Assembly (NCBI GenBank): GCA_964016885.1
Contig: OZ024741.1
Span: 405,914,001-405,978,000 of the forward strand
Source of the DNA: Eledone cirrhosa
Lineage: Eukaryota
DNA: 64,000 bases
Reading direction: 5' to 3'
Below are positions 54,001-64,000 of this stretch, in pieces. A program made the position numbers and the translations under genes. Under the pieces are notes generated by a model. That model did not search any database. It was not told the origin of the DNA and saw nothing but the letters and a program-made list of their open reading frames with translations. Every line of letters starts with the position of its first letter. Position 1 is the first letter of the stretch.

Positions 54001-57000
54001 ACAGGTAGATGATACTAACAACTGGGAAGACTGGAACAGGTAGATGATACCAACAACTGGGAAGACTGGAACAGGTAAATGAAAATAACAACTGGGAAGA
54101 CTGGAACAGGTAGATGATACTAAAAACTGGGAAGACTGGAACAGGTAAATGATACTAACAACTGGGAAGACCGGAACAGGTAAATGATACTAACAACTGG
54201 GAAGACTGGAACAGGTAAATGAAAATAACAACTGGGAAGACTGGAACAGGTAGATGATACTAACAACTGGGAAGACTGGAACAGGTAGATGATACTAACA
54301 ACTGGGAAGACTGGAACAGGTAAATGATACTAACAACTGGGAAGACTGGAACAGGTAGAAGATACCAACAACTGGGAAGACTGGAACAGGTAGATGATAC
54401 TAACAACTGGGAAGACTGGAACAGGTAGATGATACCAACAACTGGGAAGACTGGAACAGGTAGATGATACTAACAACTGGGAAGACTGGAACAGGTAAAT
54501 GATACCAACAACTGGGAAGACTGGAACAGGTAGATGATACCAACCACTGGGAAGACTGGAACAGGTAGATGATACCAACCACTGGGAAGACTGGAACAGG
54601 TAGATGATACTAACAACTGGGAAGACTGGAACAGGTAGATGATACAAATAACTGGGAAGACTGGAACAGGTAGATGATACTAACAACTGGGAAGACTGGA
54701 ACGGGTAGAAGATACCAACCACTGGGAAGACTGGAACAGGTAGATGATACTAACAACTGGGAAGACTGGAACAGATAGATGATACTAACAACTGGGAAGA
54801 CTGGAACAGGTAGATGATACTAACAACTGGGAAGACTGGAACAGGTAGATGATACTAACAACTGGGAAGACTGGAACAGGTAGATGATACTAACAACTGG
54901 GAAGACTGGAACAGGTAGATGATACCAACAACTGGGAAGACTGGAACAGGTAGATGATACTAACAACTGGGAAGACTGGAACAGGTAAATGATACCAACA
55001 ACTGGGAAGACTGGAACAGGTAAATGATACTAACAACTAGGAAGACTGGAACAGGTAAATGATACTAAAAACTGGGAAGACTGGAACAGGTAAATGATAC
55101 TAACAACTGGGAAGACTGGAACAGGTAAATGATACTAACAACTGGGAAGACTGGAACAGGTAAATGATACTAACAACTGGGAAGATTGGAACAGGTAGAT
55201 GATACTAACAACTGGGAAGACTGGAACAGGTAGATGATACCAACAACTGGGAAGACTGGAACAGGTAGATGATACTAACAACTGGGAAGACTGGAACAGT
55301 TAAATGATACCAACAACTGGGAAGACTGGAACAGGTAAATGATACTAACAACTAGGAAGACTGGAACAGGTAGATGATACTAACAACTGGGAAGACTGGA
55401 ACAGGTAGATGATACTAACAACTGGGAAGACTGGAACAGGTAGATGATACTAACAACTGGGAAGACTGGAACAGGTAGATGATACTAACAACTGGGAAGA
55501 CTGGAACAGGTAGATGATACTAACAACTGGGTAGACTGGAACAGGTAGATGATACCAAACACTGGGAAGACTGGAACAGGTAGATGATACTAACTACTGG
55601 GAAGACTGGAACAGGTAGAAGATACTAACAACTGGGAAGACTGGAACAGGTAGATGATACCAACCACTGGGAAGACTGGAACAGGTAGATGATACTAACT
55701 ACTGGGAAGACTGGAACAGGTAGAAGATACTAACAACTGGGAAGACTGGAACAGGTAGAAGATACTAACCACTGGGAAGACTGGAACAGGCAGATGATAC
55801 CAACAACTGGGAAGACTGGAACAGGCAGATAATACTAACAACTGGGAAGACTGGAACAGGTAGATGATACTAACAACTGGGAAGACTGGAACAGGTAGAT
55901 CATACTAACAACAAGGAAGACTGGAACAGGTAGATGATACTAAGAACTGGGAAGACTGAAACAGGTGGATGATACTAACAACTAGGAAGACTGGAACAGG
56001 TAGATGATACTAACTACTGGGAAGACTAGAACAGATAGATGATACCAACCACTGGGAAGACTGGAACAGGTAGAAGATACTAACAACTGGGAAAACTGGA
56101 ACAGGTAGATGATACTAACAACTAGGAAGACTGGAACAGGTAGATGATACTAACAACTGGGAAGACTGGAACAGGTAGATGATACTAACAACTAGGAAGA
56201 CTGTAACAGGTAGATGATACTAAAAACTGGGAAGACTGAAAAAGGTAGATGATACTAACAACTGGGAAGACTGAAACAGGTAGATGATACTAACAACTGG
56301 GAAGACTGGAACAGGTAGATGATACTAACAACTGGGAAGACTGGAACATGCAGATGATACCAACAACTGGGAAGACTGGAACAGTTAGATGATACTAACA
56401 ACTGGGCAGACTGGAACGGGTAGATGATACTAACAACTGGGAAGACTGGAACAGGTAGATGATACTAATAACTGGGAAGACTGGAACAGGTAGATGATAC
56501 TAACAACTGGAAAGACTGGAACAGGTAGAAGATACTAACAACTGGGAAGACTGGAACAGTTAGATGATACTAACAACTGGGCAGACTGGAACGGGTAGAT
56601 GATACTAACAACTGGGAAGACTGGAACAGGTAGATGATACCAACAACTGGGAAGACTGGAACAGGTAGATGATACTAACTACTGGGAAGACTGGAACAGG
56701 TAGATGATACTAACAACTGGAAAGACTGGAACAGGTAGAAGATACTAACAACTGGGAAGACTGGAACAGGTAGATGATACTAACAACTGGGCAGACTCGA
56801 ACAGATAGATGATACTAACTACTGGGAAGACTGGAACAGGTAGATGATACTAACAACTGGGAAGACTGGAACAGGTAGATGATACTAACAACTGGGAAGA
56901 CTGGAACAGGTTGAAGATACTAACAACTGGGAAGACTGGAACAGGTAGATGATACTAACAACTGGGAAGACTGGAACAGGTAGAAGATACTAACAACTGG

Positions 57001-60000
57001 GAAGACTGGAACATGTAGAAGATACTAACAACTGGGAAGACTGGAACAGATAGATGATACTAACAACTGGGAAGACTGGATCAGGTAGATGATACTAACA
57101 ACTGGGAAGACTGGAACAGGTAGATGATACTAACAACTGGAAAGACTGGAACAGGTAGATGAAACTAACAACTGGGAAGACTGGACAGGTAGATGATACC
57201 AACAACTGGGAAGACTGGAACAGGTAGATGATACTAACAACTGGGAAGACTGGAACAGGTAGATGATACCAACCCCTGGGAAGACTGGAACAGGTAGAAG
57301 ATACTAACAACTGGGAAGACTGGAACAGGTAGATGATACTAACAACTGGGAAGACTGGAACAGGTAGATGATACTAACAACTGGGAAGACTGGAACAGGT
57401 AGATGATACTATCAACTGGGAAGACTGGAACAGGTAGATGATACTAACAACTGGGAAGACTGGAACAGGTAGAAGATACTAACCACTGGGAAGACTGGAT
57501 CAGGTAGATGATACTAACAACTGGGAAGACTGGAACAGGTAGATGATACTAACAACTGGAAAGACTGGAACAGGTGGATGATACTAACAACTGGGAAGAC
57601 TGGAACAGGTAGATGAAACTAACAACTGGGAAGACTGGAACAGGTAGATGATACTAACAACTGGGAAGACTGGAACAGGTAGCTGATACCAACCACTGGG
57701 AAGACTGGAACAGGTAGATGATACTAACAACTGGGAAGACTGGAACAGGTAGATGATACCAACAACTGGGAAGACTGGAACAGGTAGATGATACCAACAA
57801 CTGGGAAGACTGGAACAGGTAGATGATACTAACAACTGGGAAGACTGGAACAGGTAGATGATACTAACAACTGGGAAGACTGGAACAGGTAGATGATACC
57901 AACAACTGGGAAGACTGGAACAGGTAGATGATACCAACAACTGGGAAGACTGGAACAGGTAGATGATACTAACAACTGGGAAGACTGGAACAGGTAGATG
58001 ATACCAACAACTGGGAAGACTGGAACAGGTAGATGATACTAACAACTGGGAAGACTGGAACAGGTAGATGATACCAACCACTGGGAAGACTGGAACAGGT
58101 AGAAGATACTAACAACTGGGAAGACTGGAACAGGTAGATGATCCTAACAACTGGGAAGACTGGAACAGGTAGATGATACCAACCACTGGGAAGACTGGAA
58201 CAGGTAGAAGATACTAACAACTGGGAAGACTGGAAGAGATAGATGATACCAACAACTGGGAAGACTGGAACAGGTAGATAATACCAACAACCGGGAAGAC
58301 TGGAACAGGTAGATGATACCAACAACTAGGAAGACTGGAACAGGTAGAAGATACTAACAACTGGGAAGACTGGAACAGGTAGATGATACTAACAACTGGG
58401 AAGACTGTAACAGGTAAGTGATACTAACAATTGGGAAGACTGGAACAGGTAGATGATACTAACAACTGGGAAGACTAGAACAGATAGATGATACCAACCA
58501 CTGGGAAGACTGGAACAGGTAGAAGATACTAACAACTGGGAAAACTGGAACAGGTAGATGATACTAACAACTAGGAAGACTGGAACAGGTAGATGATACT
58601 AACAACTGGGAAGACTGGAACAGGTAGATGATACTAACAACTAGGAAGACTGTAACAGGTAGATGATACTAAAAACTGGGAAGACTGAAAAAGGTAGATG
58701 ATACTAACAACTGGGAGGACTGAAACAGGTAGATGATACTAACAACTGGGAAGACTGGAACAGGTAGATGATACTAACAACTGGGAAGACTGGAACATGC
58801 AGATGATACCAACAACTGGGAAGACTGGAACAGTTAGATGATACTAACAACTGGGCAGACTGGAACGGGTAGATGATACTAACAACTGGGAAGACTGGAA
58901 CAGGTAGATGATACTAATAACTGGGAAGACTGGAACAGGTAGATGATACTAACAACTGGAAAGACTGGAACAGGTAGAAGATACTAACAACTGGGAAGAC
59001 TGGAACAGTTAGATGATACTAACAACTGGGCAGACTGGAACGGGTAGATGATACTAACAACTGGGAAGACTGGAACAGGTAGATGATACCAACAACTGGG
59101 AAGACTGGAACAGGTAGATGATACTAACTACTGGGAAGACTGGAACAGGTAGATGATACTAACAACTGGAAAGACTGGAACAGGTAGAAGATACTAACAA
59201 CTGGGAAGACTGGAACAGGTAGATGATACTAACAACTGGGCAGACTCGAACAGATAGATGATACTAACTACTGGGAAGACTGGAACAGGTAGATGATACT
59301 AACAACTGGGAAGACTGGAACAGGTAGATGATACTAACAACTGGGAAGACTGGAACAGGTTGAAGATACTAACAACTGGGAAGACTGGAACAGGTAGATG
59401 ATACTAACAACTGGGAAGACTGGAACAGGTAGAAGATACTAACAACTGGGAAGACTGGAACATGTAGAAGATACTAACAACTGGGAAGACTGGAACAGAT
59501 AGATGATACTAACAACTAGGAAGACTGGATCAGGTAGATGATACTAACAACTGGGAAGACTGGAACAGGTAGATGATACTAACAACTGGAAAGACTGGAA
59601 CAGGTAGATGAAACTAACAACTGGGAAGACTGGAACAGGTAGATGATACCAACAACTGGGAAGACTGGAACAGGTAGATGATACTAACAACTGGGAAGAC
59701 TGGAACAGGTAGATGATACCAATAACTGGGAAGACTGGAACAGGTAGATGATACTAACAACTGGGAAGACTGGAACAGGTAGATGATACTAACAACTGGG
59801 AAGACTGGAACAGGTAGATGATACTAACAACTGGGTAGACTGGAACAGGTAGATGATACTAACAACTGGGAAGACTGGAACAGATAGATGATACTAACAA
59901 CTGGGAAGACTGGAACAGGTAGATGATACCAACCACTGGGAAGACTGGAACAGGTAGATGTTACTAACAACTGGGAAGACTGGAACAGATAGATGATACT

Positions 60001-63000
60001 AACAACTGGGAAGACTGGAACAGGTAGATGATACTAACAACTGGGAAGACTGGAACAGGTAGATGATACTAACAACGGGGAAGACTGGAACAGGTAGATG
60101 ATACCAACAACTGGGAAGACTGGAACAGGTAGATGATACCAACAACTGGGAAGACAGGAACAGGTAGAAGATACTAACAACTGGGAAGACTGGAATAGGT
60201 AAATGATACTAACAACTGGGAAGACTGTAACAGGTAAAGGATACTAACAACTGGGAAGACTGGAACAGGTAGATGATACTAACAACTGGGAAGACTGGAA
60301 CAGGTAGATGATACTAACGACTGGGAAGACTGGAACAGGTAGATGATACTAACAACTGGGAAGACTGGAACAGGTAGATGATACCAACAACTGGGAAGAC
60401 TGGAACAGGTAAATGAAAATAACAACTGGGAAGACTGGAACAGGTAGATGATACTAAAAACTGGGAAGACTGGAACAGGTAAATGATACTAACAACTGGG
60501 AAGACCGGAACAGGTAAATGATACTAACAACTGGGAAGACTGGAACAGGTAAATGAAAATAACAACTGGGAAGACTGGAACAGGTAGATGATACCAACAA
60601 CCGGGAAGACTGGAACAGGTAGATGATACCAACAACTGGGAAGACTGGAACAGGTAGAAGATACTAACAACTGGGAAGACTGGAACAGGTAGATGATACT
60701 AACAACTGGGAAGACTGCAACAGGTAGATGATACTAACAACTGGGAAGACTGGAACAGGTAGATGATACTAACAACTGGGAAGACTGGAACAGGTAGATG
60801 ATACCAACAACTGGGAAGACTGGAACAGGTAGATGATACCAACAACTGTGAAGACTGGAACAGGTAGATGATACCAACAACTGGGAAGACTGGAACAGGT
60901 AGATGATACTAACAACTGGGAAGACTGGAACAGGTAGATGATACCAACAACTGGGAAGACTGGAACAGGTAGATGATACCAACAACTGGGAAGACTGGAA
61001 CAGGTAGATGATACCAACAACTGGGAAGACTGGAACAGGTAGATGATACTAACAACTGGGAAGACTGGAACAGGTAGATGATACCAACAACTGGGAAGAC
61101 TGGAACAGGTAGATGATACTAACAACTGGGAAGACTGGAACAGGTAGATGATACTAACAACTGGGAAGACTGGAACAGGTAGATGATACCAACAACTGGG
61201 AAGACTGGAACAGGTAGATGATACCAACAACTGTGAAGACTGGAACAGGTAGATGATACCAACAACTGGGAAGACTGGAACAGGTAGATGATACCAACAA
61301 CTGGGAAGACTGGAACAGGTAGATGATACCAACAACTGTGAAGACTGGAACAGGTAGATGATACCAACAACTGGGAAGACTGGAACAGGTAGATGATACT
61401 AACAACTGGGAAGACTGGAACAGGTAGATGATACCAACAACTGGGAAGACTGGAACAGGTAGATGATACCAACAACTGGGAAGACTGGAACAGGTAGATG
61501 ATACCAACAACTGGGAAGACTGGAACAGGTAGATGATACTAACAACTGGGAAGACTGGAACAGGTAGATGATACCAACAAGTGGGAAGACTGGAACAGGT
61601 AGATGATACCAACAACTGGGAAGACTGGAACAGGTAGATGATACCAACAACTGGGAAGACTGGAACAGGTAGACGATACCAAAAACTGGGAAGACTGGAA
61701 CAGGCAGATGATACTAACAACTGGGAAGACTGGAACAGGTAGAAGATACTAACAACTGGGAAGACTGGAACAGGTAGATGATACCAACAACTGGGTAGAC
61801 TGGAACAGGTAGATGATACTAACAACTGGGAAGTCTGAAACAGGTAGATGATATTAACAACAGGGAAGTCTGAAACAGGTAAATGATACTAACAACTGGG
61901 AAGACTGGAACAGGTAGATGATACTAACAACTGGGAAGACTGGAACAGGTAGATGATACTAACAACTGGGAAGAGTGGAACAGGTAGATGATACTAACAA
62001 CTGGGAAGACTGGAACAGGTAGATGATACTAACAACTGGGAAGACTGGAACAGGTAGATGATACCAATAACTGGGAAGACTGGAACAGGTAGATGATACT
62101 AACAACTGGGAAGACTGGAACAGGTAGATGATACCAACAACTGGGTAGACTGGAACAGGTAGATGATACTAACAACTGGGAAGACTGGAACAGGTAGATG
62201 ATACTAACAACTGGGAAGACTGGAACAGGTAGATGATACTAACAACTGGGTAGACTGGAACAGGTAGATGATACTAACAACTGGGAAGACTGGAACAGGT
62301 AGATGATACCAACAACTGGGAAGACTGGAACAGGTAGATGATACTAACAACTGGGAAGACTGGAACAGGTAAATGATACCAACAACTGGGAAGACTGGAA
62401 CAGGTAGATGATACTAACAACTGGGAAGACTGGAACAGGTAGATAATACCAACAACCGGGAAGACTGGAACAGGTAGATGATACCAACAACTGGGAAGAC
62501 TGGAACAGGTAGAAGATACTAACAACTGGGAAGACTGGAACAGGTAGATGATACTAACAACTGGGAAGACTGTAACAGGTAAGTGATACTAACAACTGGG
62601 AAGACTGGAACAGGTAGATGATACTAACAACTGGGAAGACTGGAACAGGTAGATGATACTAACAACTGGGAAGACTGGAACAGGTAAATGATACTAAAAA
62701 CTGGGAAGACTGGAACAGGTAAATGATACTAACTACTGGGAAGACCGGAACAGGTAAATGATACTAACAACTGGGAAGACTGGAACAGTTAAATGATACT
62801 AACAACTGGGAAGACTGGAACAGGTAGATGATACTAACAACTGGGAAGACTGGAACAGGTAGATGATACTAACAACTGGGAAGACTGGAACACGTAAATG
62901 ATACTAACAACTGGGAAGACTGGAACAGGTAGATGATACCAACAACTGGGAAGACTGGAACAGGTAGAAGATACTAACAACTGGGAAGACTGCAACAGGT

Positions 63001-64000
63001 AAATGATACCAACAACTGGGAAGACTGGAACAGGTAGATGATACTAACAACTGGGAAGACTGGAACCGGTAGATGATACCAATAACTGGGAAGACTGGAA
63101 CAGGTAGATGATACTAACAACTGGGAAGACTGGAACAGGTAGATGATACTAACAACTGGGAAGACTGGAACAGGTAGATGATACTAACAACTGGGTAGAC
63201 TGGAACAGGTAGATGATACTAACAACTGGGAAGACTGGAACAGATAGATGATACTAACAACTGGGAAGACTGGAACAGGTAGATGATACCAACCACTGGG
63301 AAGACTGGAACAGGTAGATGTTACTAACAACTGGGAAGACTGGAACAGATAGATGATACTAACAACTGGGAAGACTGGAACAGGTAGATGATACTAACAA
63401 CTGGGAAGACTGGAACAGGTAGATGATACTAACAACGGGGAAGACTGGAACAGGTAGATGATACCAACAACTGGGAAGACTGGAACAGGTAGATGATACC
63501 AACAACTGGGAAGACAGGAACAGGTAGAAGATACTAACAACTGGGAAGACTGGAATAGGTAAATGATACTAACAACTGGGAAGACTGTAACAGGTAAAGG
63601 ATACTAACAACTGGGAAGACTGGAACAGGTAGATGATACTAACAACTGGGAAGACTGGAACAGGTAGATGATACTAACGACTGGGAAGACTGGAACAGGT
63701 AGATGATACTAACAACTGGGAAGACTGGAACAGGTAGATGATACCAACAACTGGGAAGACTGGAACAGGTAAATGAAAATAACAACTGGGAAGACTGGAA
63801 CAGGTAGATGATACTAAAAACTGGGAAGACTGGAACAGGTAAATGATACTAACAACTGGGAAGACCGGAACAGGTAAATGATACTAACAACTGGGAAGAC
63901 TGGAACAGGTAAATGAAAATAACAACTGGGAAGACTGGAACAGGTAGATGATACTAACAACTGGGAAGACTGGAACAGGTAGATGATACTAACAACTGGG
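12012..64000. repeat. 35-bp tandem satellite, ~1,485 monomers, consensus GTAGATGATACYAACAACTGGGAAGACTGGAACAG; runs off the window end
   Basis: Continuous head-to-tail array in one orientation; no insertions seen; 24/35 purines on + strand; no CpG in consensus; one 1-bp deletion at ~57185. Confidence 0.99.

Noticed and set aside
12012-64000. Many minus-strand ORFs (LVSSTCSSLPSCWYHLPVPVFPVV...)
   Set aside because: Translation of the 35-bp repeat through all three frames. ORF length depends only on runs of the C variant (TGG) versus T variant (TAG); starts are mostly non-ATG.
12012-64000. CRISPR array (35-bp repeat length)
   Set aside because: Repeats are contiguous with no spacers, there are no cas genes, and the context is eukaryotic.

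Overview
Gene-free, repeat-only eukaryotic (animal) DNA; the SINE and AT-microsatellite landscape suggests an octopod cephalopod (inference). 1-4310: 3' part of a decayed L1/Tx1-type LINE (ORF1 C-terminus; ORF2 with APE endonuclease, RT and CCHC knuckle; 4 frameshifts, 1 nonsense; AATAAA and (ATT)16 tail). 4.3-11.8 kb: nested small elements between (AT)n/(GT)n tracts, including three tRNA-type SINE copies, a 472-bp non-autonomous Helitron with intact ends, and an RTE LINE 3' fragment. It also holds about ten type-I hammerhead-ribozyme-like motifs of several unrelated families, some in direct or inverted repeat pairs (Penelope pLTR/retrozyme-like). After a 200-N gap, 12012-64000 is one uninterrupted 35-bp satellite (~1,485 monomers) with nested multi-kb higher-order duplications. 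Its monomer reads GT...TACYAAC...CAG, like a miniature intron with a U2-complementary branch box. All ORFs in the satellite are artefacts. No host gene, rRNA, tRNA gene or CRISPR array is supported.
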